A stretch of 64,000 nt of DNA from Rhina ancylostomus (Eukaryota). The notes under the pieces were generated by a model that ran no database searches, had not been told where the DNA came from, and was given only the letters and a program-made list of their open reading frames with translations. The stretch covers positions 65,892,514-65,956,513 of the forward strand of contig JARFYF010000112.1 in NCBI GenBank assembly GCA_030265395.1. The letters are read 5' to 3'. Position numbers and translations under genes: made by a program. The stretch's first letter is position 1, and every line of letters starts with the position of its first letter. Shown here in pieces: positions 51,861-64,000 of this stretch.

Positions 51861-53469
51861 TGGGGGACCATTACTGAGACTTAGGGGGGAGAAAAAGAAA
51901 GTGGTAATTAAGTGATGAGCATACTTTCCTCTTGAAATTATTGTATATTCGGTTTCATTCCTTCATTTTTGTGCTGAAATTCACTTTGACTGTACTTTGA
52001 CCTTGGGGTGTACAAATGTTCAGACCTCATTTCTGAAGTTAATGCATATCTTCCAATGTCAAAATTTAAATTGTGATTTCCATTGTTAAACATCAATGGA
52101 TCTTGTGTGTATGGCATGAATGAAACTTTGCATGGCCCTGATTGGTTTGAACCACTTGGGGGCGGTGGGGAGTGTGGTTGAAATTGAGGATAGGGGTGGG
52201 GTGGAGTGGAGAACTCCATTTAGTTTTAGTTGATGTTGAATTGTTAACTGAATTTGTGCTGTTAACAAAATTTTAAATCTGTGGTTTGATAGTAATTCCT
52301 TCCAAATGCACAACCACCTAGGATGCAAGCTAAATGCCATTAGTTCCAGTGACATTGTACATTAGTATTTTCTCCCAAGTCTTGGTGAATGATAAACAGG
52401 GCCTTACAAATGATCTGCTAACATTGAGAGAGAGCAATTTTTTTAGGCTGTTTACTGATTATCTAAATTATTTGTACTCTTTTACCCTTGTTTTTGTTCC
52501 ATTATACCATCCTTTTACAGTTTCATGTTCCCTAATTCATGTTATGTTCAGAAGATCCCATGAAAATCGGTTATCCTCCAGTTTAAAATGATTTTACCTA
52601 ATTTACTGATTTAAACCCTGTTAAGATTATCTTCTTATTTACAGTTGTTCCCATGTTTCGTTAAGACATTGATCTCTGCAGAGTTGTAAATTTTATTTCA
52701 TCCAAGCTCCATTTATTTAGAGAGGGAATGTATCTGTCACTCTGAGAAGAGCAGGTTCTGCTGATTATGAATTTTTGATTCAAAATTGCACATTGTTGAA
52801 GGCTACTTTCTACTGGTCTTTTACTATGCAGATTCATAGAAGCATTAGAGTAGGAACCCATTCAATCCAATGAGCCATTTCAGCTTTATGTAGGAACTCT
52901 CCAGCTTGTCCCACTCCTTTATTCTCTTCCTATGGCCTGAATATTTTTGTCCTGGCAATGCATTCCACAGCCCAGCCAGTCATTGAATTAAGTTTTTCCT
53001 TATCACATTTTCAGTTCTTTTGCCAATCACCATCATTCTGTGTTCTCTGGTTCTTGGTCTTTCCACCAATGGGAACAATTTCCTAAAGTTTAGTGCCCAA
53101 GACTGGATAAACCAATTATAATGCTCCTATACAGCTTTGTAATGACTTTCTTCTTTTGTTCTATGTGCTTTTTTTATAAACCCTGGATCCCATATGTACT
53201 TTTAATGACTTTCTCAATCTGCCTGCTAACTTCACTGATCGATCCACGTGCTGCCACCACCCCCTCCACATCAATCTTAGTTCCTTTTGGAATTGTGCAC
53301 TCTAGGTAGCTTATTTTTCCTACCCAAACTTTATACTTTTCTGTGTTAAATTTCATCTGCTGCATGTCTGCTCTTTCCTCTGGCTATATCTAGAAGTGAA
53401 TTGCTATCCTCAGTTCGCAGCACTTCAAAACAAAATTCACTTATTGTATATAATTTATTTTTAATTTGC

Positions 53470-53576
53470 TTTTCTTGTGAATGCTTATTATCTGATGCTA
53501 AGTGCCTGTGATGCTGCTGCAAGTAAGTTTTTCATTGCCCCTGTGCATATGACAATAAACTTGACTTTGACTTCAA
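53470..53576 (+). mobile_element. Isolated 3' tail of the Rex1/Babar-type element
   Basis: 'tgtgaatgct...tgatgcta.gtgcctgtgatgctgctgcaagtaagtttttca...gacaataaacttgactttga' is the reverse complement of 30213-30325. Confidence 0.75.
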
Positions 53577-54619
53577 GTTATACCATTTGGAAATTGTCTG
53601 ATACATCCAAATCTGCCATTAACATTTATTCAGTAAATTGGTGACCTTAGTACTTATGCAAAAAGAACCCCCTTGTGTACTTTTTTACAAAGATCTTTCA
53701 CTTCTTCAAATGTTTTGTCACTTAGTCAATGTTCATGCTGCTACTGCCTCTTCCATTCCCTGAGCTTCAGTCTTGATGACAAGCCTAATATGTGATACTT
53801 AATCAGTGTCCCTCAGTATTAGTTCATCAAAAACATTATGAAGATGAGAACAATTTAATTTTATCAAATTTTTGCTGACTTGCCCAAAATAAATCCAAAT
53901 GTGTCCAAGTTATTGATAACTTTGTACCTAATTTTCATTTCTGAAACGTTACTATTTTGGTTAAACTGGCCTGTAGCTCCTAAATAAGGTTGTAATATTT
54001 GCAGTTATCTGATCATTGGGAAGCACTACTAACTTTATAGACATTCAGAAGATTATGGGTGGGGCTTTTGTAATTTCCTCCTCCTTCCTTTAAAAACATG
54101 GTTGCATTTCATCTCAGCCAGGTGACCTATACAATTTAAGTACAGTCAGCCTTTCTAGTACCTCCTCCACATAAACCACATCTTCTTTGGACTTTAGCAA
54201 TACCTTGATTGGTACCTTAGCCACAGCCTATGCCTCTTAAAAATAGATTTCGTTTTTGGGTTTTTTATCGACCTTGGCTCTGACAGTTCTTTCACTGCTT
54301 ACATTTTTTTTTCTGATTTCTCTTTTATACTTGCCAGTCTTGTGCTCTTTTGTTGATTCTGACATCTTTGTTTTATTTCCCCCTCTACTTAATTAACCTG
54401 GTTTTCACTTTGTTGTCAATGTGACTTTTGTCATTTATCCTCATTTTCTGCTGTATTTTACTCCATTTTGGTCATTAGGGAGTACTAATTTCCCTACTGT
54501 TTTAACCTCTGAAGAATGTACGTTGATTATATCTGAAACATCACCACATTAGGCCTCCCTTTGTTCTGTTACAGTTTTGCTGCTAATCTTTGATTGTGAT
54601 TTACCTGGCTCAGACTAGG

Positions 54620-54920
54620 GGATGCACTGTGGCACATAACAACACAGTGCTGCAGCAGGTAGTGTCACTGCCCCACAGTTCCAGCAACCCAGGTTTGATC
54701 TCCTCTACTATGTGGGGTCTTTTTCAGGTGCTCTGATTTCCTTCCACATCCCAGAATGTACTAGTAGGTTAATTAGCCTCTGAACAATTGCTGCTACTGC
54801 AAATGGGTGGGAATCTGAGGAAGTTGATAGGAATATGAGAGAATGGCTTACAAAGAAATATGGGAGAATTAGGATTGATGGATTTGATGAACTGAATGGT
54901 TGCTGCTTATGTGGTAAGGA
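54620..54920 (+). mobile_element. V-SINE (HE1-like), degraded
   Basis: tRNA-like head 'cagcaggtagtgtcactgccccacagttccagcaacccaggtttgatc', V-domain 'caggtgctctgatttccttccacatcccagaa', CR1-like tail. Confidence 0.7.
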
Positions 54921-57900
54921 GATGCAAGATGTTTGCCTTTCTCCAATTGAATATTTTTACTTTGGAATCATCAATATTTTTTTTTGAAACATAAGGCTAT
55001 GATTATTTCTCCCCACTGTCACTTGCTCCACTTGGCACACCTCATTCACCAGGAACAAGTTAAGCATTGTCCTTTCCTCATTGGGCTGGAAACATACTGA
55101 TCAAAAGAATTCTGAATGTGCTTGAAAAATCTCTTCCTCTTCGCTCCTTATTGTCCTTTACTGATTATATTAGGATAATAAAGGTTCTTCATTATCACTA
55201 CTACATGGACTTTACTCATCTGTAATTTCCCTACAGATTTGCTCTTCAATATCCTACCTGTTAGTTGGTGACCAATAGAATTTATCCCAGTAGTGTAATG
55301 ACTTCTGTTTCATATCACTAACCAAATAGATTCTGGGTATCTTCCCTCTTTCTGGAACTGTAATATTTTCCTAAATTAATACTGCCCTGCACTCCTACTT
55401 GTCTACCATTCCCTGTCTTTTCTGAGCATCTTGTGCTCAGACTTATTTAAAACCTAGTCCTTCACTTTTTTTAGCCAGATCTCCATTATTACCACATTTT
55501 AATCCCTTGTGGTTAATTGTGCCTGCAGCTCACAAATCTTGTTTAATATTCTTTGTGCAGAATGCTTGTGGCATTTCAGAATGTTGTCATTTTCACATGT
55601 ATTAATAATTTAATATTTCATCTGTTCTATCTCAGAACATTGTTTCTGTTGTAGACATGCCCCTACAGGTGTGCGCAATTAACAGGTAGAATATTATTTT
55701 ATAGTACTGGACATTCAAAGTTATGTCTAGCATCAGTCCTTTGTACCATTAATGGTATATCAGTGGCAGTCCACTTAAGTTGGAACCAGTTCACATGTGT
55801 GATTAGTCTCGGAGGTTAGGATTCAACAGTGAATTCTCCAGGGTGTTCTAAACATCACATTTAAGATGGGAGGTCTAATTAGATGGCTTTTCTCTTGAAG
55901 GATCACATGACTGTCATATTCTACTCTTGATTGGTTGCCTTGCTGCTGCAGTTATATTCCAATCCGTAGTTTAATACGGGGAGAGAAAGCAAAAGTATAC
56001 TATGCTATTGGGGAAGGAATTGTGAATATTTATTTCAGCGTACTGTTTCTTTACTCGGTCTTTGTAAATCTTGATACCTCAATGGTTGTGATGTTCTGCT
56101 TTGCTCAGTGTTTCAATCTTGTGCTGGATCTTATGCATTTGCAATGTCAATTCAACAAAACAAGGAGATCACTATCATCCTCAGCACGACATGTGTGTAA
56201 AGTGCATCCAGAGCACAGGCATCTGGTAAGTCCTTGTATCAGCCAGAAAATTGTTCCTTTTTTCTATTCTTTGGCTACGTTAGTAAGCTTTACATAGGTG
56301 TTGCATGCTTTAGACAATATATATTCTTTTGCTCTGAAATATCTTCATTATTAATGAAGTATCATTAAAGGGTAATGACTAATACATATTAACAAGCTAA
56401 CCTTTTGTGTGCTTCTGATCCCTTTTGAGGGAGACACTGGATTAATCATTCTTCACTAATGTTAATTAGCAGAGAAGAAAAGTCTTATTGGCAGGCTTTC
56501 TTTTTTTAAAATGTATACTTGGCAGCTTCATTTTTGTTATAGTGCTGTTGTTTAAAGTATCTAGTTGAAACAATGGGTGAATTGGACTAAATTAGTCGCC
56601 TCATTGAAAAAAGCTGTCATGTAAATTGGGAGTAAACACCATTTTAAAAAAAGCATTGCTTTTCCTCCAGAGACCTATTCATATAGCAGAATCGCTTGGG
56701 AGTGTGTTTCCAAGGAATTTTTATGTAATCCATTACACCATATAGTAAGCAAACAAGAAAAATAGACACAGCTTTCCTGAATTGATGTACAAGTGTTGGA
56801 ACTATTTAAAATTGAGGGGATATTTCATTAAAAATAAGTAGGAGAGTTCAGAGAAATATGATGTATTTGTGTAGTAAATGTTAAGCTGTATACATTTTTA
56901 CAACACAGTTTTAAATGAAGTGCATGTTAACTTCTGATTAACTTACTTTGAATACTGAATGCTTAACAAGAGTGTTTGGCCAGAAGTATTTCTTTTCCCT
57001 TTTTTCCCCCTAAAGCTTGCTGCTGGCAGTCCATGGACAGGCGCTCTGCTTTAGAGGAAAAGATCCACTTTCCTTTTCTCGTGTAGCTCTTTTAGGCAAA
57101 ATAGTGTTTGTAGTGTAAATGTTGTGCCATTCCATGACTTGCCTGTTTGCAGTATGGAGAAATATGAAGCTGTTTTTGGATAAAGCAGGTTTTTAATAGC
57201 AAATAAAACAATGTATCTTAATTGATCATGGGTAAAGTAGAGGTTTGAACTGCTGTTTTTTTTTAAGGAGTGTCATTGCAACCTTTCTAATAGTCGTAGA
57301 AATTAACAATCCTTGGCTGCAATTTTTATCTAATAAAACACCCTTTATTCAACAACTAATGACTAGAATTATTTCATGTTCTGCATTTTGTCTTCAATTT
57401 GGGAAAATACTGAATTGAGGTCATTCTGTGAAAATTAAATTAATATTTTGCTGTTCCAGCTATGATTTTATAAGTAGCTGATACGGCATCAGATCTTTAA
57501 TTGCAATAAAAATTTAAATATTGTTCTGTAACTACCTAGCTTCTTCACTTACCCTTGTAATATTTTATTGCTCTTTACTCTCAATAGTTTTTAAAGTTCA
57601 GTGTAATAGAGCATGTTTCCATTCTTTACAACAATAGGTTATCTGGTATGTCTGGCTTTTGATTTTTGTTTTCTGATGGGCTTAAGATGTTGGCACTGGT
57701 AATGAAGTTTCTAAAGGTATCATTGTCTTTTTGGGGACAAACCTATACAAAGTAAATAATAAGTAGTTCCAAGTTAAACTGCTTTTGGTCCTTTTAAGTA
57801 ATCTTAATCTGTCACCTTGAATCTTTGAAAATATGACTGTTTCTTAAATGGGAAAACCTGCCCTGATATCTTCAAATAGATTGCATAAAATGGCAAATGA

Positions 57901-59439
57901 ACTTTAGTAGTCAGACTCAAGAATAATGAAAGACCAAACTTGTAAGTTGTCAATTCCTTTTCAATGAAAATTTAAATTGCCATTGCTTCCTAATTCCATT
58001 TAGATCAAGAAATATTGTGAATTTTAAATGCCTCTGTATTGGTCCACACAAGAACATCATTTTGAATGTTAAAATGGCAGGGATTTAAGATGTCTGTAAT
58101 CTTATTGAGTAATTTTGCTTTAAATGTGCATTTAAACAAAACGTGCTTTAGTTTCCCATTAGAAATGTAATAGAATACCATTGTTTTAAAATGGCTCAAA
58201 GAAAAATGGTTTGTCTCCAAAAATGAATGGGTTATGGAGTGAGGGGTGAGGTGGAGGGCAAATGGTTGCAGATTGGTAGCAGATCAAACTGACTGTTGCC
58301 TTTTGATCAAGGAACAGAGTCTGGACTTTGAGGAGATTTGCTTCTCCAACCCTCAACACCAGTACCCTACTTGTTCATTTACTCAGCAGCAGTTAAACCT
58401 ATAGTCCTAGATATCGACAAGTCGGGGTCAGATAGGATTTGCCTTCACTCTTGCACTTCAAAATAAATGCAGTATGTATGGGGGTGTGGCCTATGGAAGG
58501 TATTACATGCAAAAGTTTGTTCTCAACTAAAATGCAATCTTTCAACCTTAATGCTTAATTTGAAAAATTGCTTTATTGCTGATTATTTGACAGCCTAATT
58601 ATTTTGTTTTGTGTGTAAACTACCTCCTGGATAGTATTTACAATCTTTTTCCTAGTAGATTCTTAGCAGCATTATTAAATAGTATGTTGCCAAGTAACTG
58701 GTTTAATGTACTCTTGTCATCTTCCAGGGTTGACGCTCATTCTCTACTCTGTAACTAATTTCTAAGATATCTAATTAATGCCATATACACAGCCAGTGCA
58801 AGAAGCAGTGCTCACAACCTTAACATCCATTATTGCTTCTTAGAATATACAATAATGACAGTTGATCTGCCATAAACTAGGACACCCTTGTAGAGATTTT
58901 CCATTCCTAAATTCTGTGAGGCTTAGAGGATGTAAAATGAGCTTCAGTTGATTGTTTCTGTGTGGGTATAATTCAGTGCATTAAATAGTTAATTGTTTGA
59001 CACAAGAGGTTTGAGATTAGGATAGCACTGTCATCTTAAAAGATATGACTCTTTTGTGTAGTTACTTAGCATGATGGTACTTTGAAACTGGAAGTTGACT
59101 ATTGTAGCTATAGTGTATGAAGGATGCTTGGAAGAACAAGCACCATACCAAATGGGCAATTATGTTTTTGCTGNNNNNNNNNNNNNNNNNNNNNNNNNNN
59201 NNNNNNNNNNNNNNNNNNNNNNNNNNNNNNNNNNNNNNNNNNNNNNNNNNNNNNNNNNNNNNNNNNNNNNNNNTTCATTATTATTTCCTTCAAAAGATCT
59301 TTGAGTGAAATATTTGGTCTGATGGTAGCCTCTATTCTTTGCTGTTTCCATTTACGTTGTGCTCCTAGTCAGAAAAAGATTACAGATAGTTGTCAGGGTC
59401 TTGGGAATAAATAATTACTTTTTTAATCTATATCTGGGA

Positions 59440-60475
59440 ATTGAAATTTGGGTCAATACTTTGCATCAGGACTGAAAGTGGGGAGGGAGGGTAGCTGGTA
59501 TCAACAAGGAGGGGTAGGACAGGGAGCAGTGAGTGATAGGTGGACTGAGAAATGATAGGACTGGTGGAGTTGGGAGATGAACAGGTGGGTGATAGTGGAA
59601 GCAGATGATGGGGGGGGGGAGGGTAATAAGGGGTGGCAGATGAAGCCAGGTTGGTGGTGTGTGGGGAGGGTGGAGAGGAGAGTGAAAGTGGAGACAGCTG
59701 CTGAAGGATGATGAGCAGGGTACAAATGCTACAAATACTGGAATCTGATCAGTAATGAAGGTGATAATGAGAACCATCAAAAGGAATGAAGGACAGCTGA
59801 AAGCAGATGGGGGAAGGGATCTGGTAGATCAAGTGTGTGGGTAGTAGATGGATAGAACCAGGGGAGGCATGTGATGGCAGGAGAGTGACCTGAAATTGGA
59901 GAATTCAAAGTTCATGCCATTGGGTTGTTGCCTACCCAGGCAGAATGAGGTGTGGGTTACTCTAGTTTGTGTTTGGCAGTGGAAAAGGCTAAGGACAGAC
60001 AGGTTGATGTGGGAATGGGAAGGAGTTGAAATGGCATGCATCCAGGAGCTTGGGGTGACCATTGGGGTGTTCTGCAAACTAGTTGCCTTGTCTACACTTG
60101 GTCTCGCTCATGTGAAGAAGGCCACACCGTGAGCACAATGTGATCAAGGTTGGAGGAGGAGCCTGTGAATCTTTGCCACACCTGGAAAGGGCTGTTTTGG
60201 TCTCTGGATGGTGTTGAGGGAGGAGGTATAGGAATGAGTGTTTCACCTACTGTGGTTGCAAGGAAAAGTGCTGGGGTGCAGGGGGTGCAGTTGTTGGGTA
60301 GGTAGGGATAAGTGGACCAGGGAGTCATTGAAAGAATGGTCCCTGCAGAAGATGGAAAGAGGTGGGGATTGGGAGATGTGATTGGTAGGATCCCATTGCA
60401 GCTGGCAGAAATGACTAAGGAAGTACTGGATGTGGAGGCTAATATTGTGAAAGGTGAGATCTAAGGGAACTCATG
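59440..60475 (-). mobile_element. Penelope-like element 3' part (GIY-YIG endonuclease remnant plus pyrimidine-rich 3' region)
   Basis: Frameshifted ORFs 'PFQVWQRFTGSSSNL' and 'PSHSHINLSVLSLFHC...FCLGRQQPNGMNFEFSNF' match the recalled Penelope GIY-YIG C-terminus (F.C.SSNL...LGTLQP.GMN). Confidence 0.8.
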
Positions 60476-61443
60476 TTCATTAAGATTTACTTTACTTTGG
60501 GTCACACTTAGTGTTTACCTTCTCATGTGTGTGGTATTATTTCCGCTAGGGTTAAATCTCAACAGTCCAAAAATGCAAATTGTAATATTGTTTCTACAAA
60601 TCTGAGTTTGGCTAGGGGTTGCATTATAATTTATGCATTATAGCTTTGAAGAAATTAGTTTTGAAAACATTGCATTTTCCAATGTTGTACTAACTTGGTT
60701 TTCATTTGTATGTGAATATTAAATAAATAAACTCGTAGAACGAGCAGTAGAGATCATTATGTTACTGTGATTTCACATTTTTTTTAAATAGTACAATTTC
60801 TGTTCATAAATTAACTCTTAATGGCCAATCATTTGCCTATAAAATTTGGGAGTTCATTTTTGCTTGCTTTGTCCTTTGTTTTTCCTGCTCTCTGTTGCTG
60901 TTACAATTAAAATCTGACTCAGTGAGACCCTGAGTACATTTAATGTCTTGGATAGCTGGGTATGCCAGGATAGATGAGGAATTTTGAGTGCCATCCACTT
61001 TTTAGATGCCAAACTATTTGAATTTCATTTTGACTCTGGGTCTGTATGGATAGTGTGCCTCTGGAGTAGTGTAATTTTTGTTCTATGTCTTAATGGGTTC
61101 CTTTTTCTTTTGTATTTTAGTTTATTTTAAGCAGAANNNNNNNNNNNNNNNNNNNNNNNNNNNNNNNNNNNNNNNNNNNNNNNNNNNNNNNNNNNNNNNN
61201 NNNNNNNNNNNNNNNNNNNNNNNNNNNNNNNNNNNNTTTTAAGCAGAACTTTTAAAATTTATGTACTGAAATTTATACTGATCTTGCTGTTTTGTTTCTT
61301 GGAAATGCATCTTTAAAATGTATTTATTGAATTAATTTTACTAATTGAGATTTTTTTCCTTCCTTCTCCCATCTTTCTGCTGCCAAATGCCAATACCTTC
61401 TCCCACCCCCTCACCCCCCCCCCCCAAAATGCTGCCAATGTAG

Positions 61444-61995
61444 TACGCCTCGGCTGGATGTCTCTTGTCCTTGCACCATACAGAAAAGCCAGAACATGAA
61501 GAGGTGTGTGAATTTCGCCCATACATGTGCCCATGCCCAGGAGCCTCCTGCAAGTGGCAAGGATCATTGGAGGCAGTCATGCCTCATCTCATGCATGCAC
61601 ATAAAAGCATTACAACACTCCAAGGAGAAGACATTGTGTTTTTGGCAACTGACATCAACCTTCCTGGTGCTGTGGATTGGGTTATGATGCAATCCTGCTT
61701 TGGCCACCACTTCATGCTGGTATTAGAGAAACAAGAGAAGTATGAAGGCCACCAACAATTTTTCGCTATTGTCCTTTTGATAGGCACGCGTAAGCAAGCA
61801 GAAAACTTTGCCTACAGACTGGAATTGAATGGAAACCGTAGACGCCTCACGTGGGAGGCCACTCCAAGGTCTATCCACGATGGAGTTGCAGCAGCAATCA
61901 TGAATAGTGATTGTTTAGTTTTTGATACTTCCATTGCTCATCTTTTTGCAGATCATGGGAACCTGGGTATTAATGTTACTATCTCAATGTGCTGA
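61444..61995 (+). CDS. siah2: E3 ubiquitin-protein ligase SIAH2 / siah2-like, terminal coding exon (zinc fingers plus TRAF-like substrate-binding domain), 183 aa
   Basis: Acceptor '...gccaatgtag|tac' at 61443/61444 gives [86 protein letters not shown]...[28 protein letters not shown] and IHDGV are SIAH2-type residues, and the coding intron is SIAH2-type (the SIAH1 core CDS is one exon). Confidence 0.96.
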   Translation, partial: YASAGCLLSLHHTEKPEHEEVCEFRPYMCPCPGASCKWQGSLEAVMPHLMHAHKSITTLQGEDIVFLATDINLPGAVDWVMMQSCFGHHFMLVLEKQEKYEGHQQFFAIVLLIGTRKQAENFAYRLELNGNRRRLTWEATPRSIHDGVAAAIMNSDCLVFDTSIAHLFADHGNLGINVTISMC

Positions 61996-62910
61996 ATTGC
62001 ATTGTTATAATACAGCTGTTTACATGTAACCAATAGAATGTTTTTTGATTCGAAGGATGCAGTAGGCAAAAGAATGCAGTTCTATATACTTCTAAGCACC
62101 TTGCTTGTGTAATTGGTGCTAGCCCATTTGACTGCTCCATGCGTGCATGTTGTGGAATGTAATGCTCAGCACGTGGGTCAAGGCCTGACTAAAAGAAGAT
62201 GGAAAAAAAATCAAGTTGATGCAGCTGTTTTATGAATGGTCCTTTTAAAAACAGACATCTTTTCCTGCTTTGTTTCTTTAAATTTACTTGAGGCAAGTTA
62301 TTCAAGATGTGTTTATATTACGGGTCCAGTGTATAGAACTACATTATATGCCACATCAGTACTTAAATGCAGAGCCAGTAGACGCTTGTGCCTATCTTAA
62401 ATATGCTTCAGGACAACAGTATCTGAATAGATATTTATGAAAATCAGTAATGTTGAATTGTCAAGGAATGAGTTTATTCTGTGTTCATTGACATGGTGGA
62501 TTTTGTTGCAATTTTCTTTTGGGTGAAAAGGCAGGAACAAAACTGCAAAGAGCAACAATGAGGATTCCTTTTACACTTAAAGCAGTCATTGATAAATCAA
62601 GCTTCAGCATTGTCCACTGCAGCTTTATTTTAAAACAAAACCTTTAAATGCTGTTGTGTCAGTTTCTTGTATCAGATTAGGTTCTATTCAAATTTATTTT
62701 TTATTAAATTGTCTAGTCAAATTGTGTAAACAGTGACAGCAGTTTCACATTTTGAATAACGTGTTCATTATTTGTAGCTTAAACAGGAGTTGATGCAGCC
62801 CATAATGTGTATGTGGGCATATTGCCCAGCTTCATGGCTGAGTTACACAGTCATATTTGCATCACTGATTAAATCATAATTTAAATAAAAAGACTGAAAT
62901 GCTAGAAAAA
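61996..62910 (+). other. SIAH2-like 3' UTR with candidate poly(A) signal
   Basis: Repeat-free AT-rich sequence after the stop; ATTAAA at ~62703 and AATAAA at 62884-62889. Confidence 0.5.
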
Positions 62911-64000
62911 TTGTGTAGAGCCAGCCAGTATTTATTAATGAATAAGAGCTATTAGCTATAAGTTTTCTGACTTCTAAATGATATCGAGCAAAGCATGGTT
63001 TGAATTGAAATTCTAAGTTTTTTGAATNNNNNNNNNNNNNNNNNNNNNNNNNNNNNNNNNNNNNNNNNNNNNNNNNNNNNNNNNNNNNNNNNNNNNNNNN
63101 NNNNNNNNNNNNNNNNNNNNNNNNNNNNNNNNNNNNNNNNNNNNNNNNNNNNNNNNNNNNNNNNNNNNNNNNNNNNNNNNNNNNNNNNNNNNNNNNNNNN
63201 NNNNNNNNNNNNNNNNNNNNNNNNNNNNNNNNNNNNNNNNNNNNNNNNNNNNNNNNNNNNNNGTGGGTTAATGTAACCCTTTGAGACTTTAACTCTGGTA
63301 CACATGACCTTGCCCTGTTTTATCAGCTCTCACAACCTTGGTCTTTTAACTTTCAATTCTTCCTCACATACACTCTTGTCTCATGGTGTATTAGAAGAAA
63401 ATGCACCAAGCCCATTTTGATTCTTTTACTATCTTCATATGAATCGCATCTTGTCACTTTGATTTAAAACAAAAAATGACACACTCTGAAATGTGAGTCA
63501 ATATCCTTAAATTGTTTTACTTTTTTATCATGATGATATGGAGTCTGGGGATTACATTCAAGTTATTTCCCAGCTTTGTAAAGAAAAATTGGAACTAATA
63601 ATGAGTCTGTTAACTCCAGTGAAAGGGAATTTAGATCATTCCTTGTCTACTTTCATCTGGAGAACACTTTTATAGCACCTTCCAACACTACCTGCCACAA
63701 TTGGTTTTGAACAGTTGGATCTTTCGAATTCTGAATTTGTTTCAGATCCAAATCCCTGATAAGAAGTATATAACTAAAGATAAAATGTAGTTTAAAATAT
63801 GAAATATAAGGCACATTAGTCTAAACAAGTGGTATGAAATTCTTGCAGCTTCATTGTATTAGGCACTGAGACTTTGTCATCTTATGCTGTGTGCTAGCTT
63901 GAAATGTTATCTTTTGAGACCACTTGAAGTTCCAAACAATCCTCAAGTACTGTTTCTCTCCATCTCTGGGTCATTTCACACACACAAACATGTAACCTTG

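Larger units (their letters stand above)
52830..55560 (-). mobile_element. Long, heavily degraded CR1-type LINE with nested insertions
   Basis: Tail at ~52835 ('catagaagcattagagtaggaacccattcaatcc'), ORF 'MQQMKFNTEKYKV' (53174-53365), and endonuclease-region remnants near 55000-55320. Confidence 0.6.

Noticed and set aside
61465-61995. RING-less SIAH3-like or retrocopy interpretation
   Set aside because: The sequence is SIAH2-type and homology begins exactly at a splice acceptor at the conserved SIAH2 intron position.
1-64000. Prokaryotic-type systems (CRISPR arrays, operons, retrons) or intact viral genes
   Set aside because: The sequence is intron-containing vertebrate DNA; I saw no repeat-spacer arrays, tRNA/rRNA genes or viral ORFs, and all RT fragments belong to degraded LINEs.

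Overview
Draft-assembly vertebrate genomic DNA with many N-gaps. The repeat complement (CR1/HER1-type LINE tails, HE1-like V-SINE, Deu-domain SINEs, Rex1/Babar, RTE, Penelope) points to a cartilaginous fish; this is an inference. Two protein-coding genes lie on the + strand. (1) The 3' part of an FSIP2-family (fibrous sheath-interacting protein 2-like) gene: a giant ~5.6-kb coding exon (231-5806) spliced in phase 0 to an exon at 10403 carrying the conserved FSIP2 C-terminal motif, with possible further small 3' exons at ~16.3 and ~17.3 kb. (2) A SIAH2/siah2l E3 ubiquitin ligase: the terminal exon (61444-61995) is present, and the RING-encoding first exon is most likely hidden in the gap (33666-34448) beside a CpG-rich promoter, implying a ~27-kb intron. 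The rest is transposon-rich intergenic and intronic DNA, including a solo LTR with a 5-bp TSD, nested insertions and MITEs. I found no convincing wholly new biological system. The most interesting unexplained structure is inside the FSIP2-like giant exon: degenerate ~180-aa tandem repeats, many AKAP-like amphipathic helices, PP1/PKA motifs and a Cys-rich tract. Repeat boundaries are approximate and family assignments come from recalled consensus motifs, not database searches.
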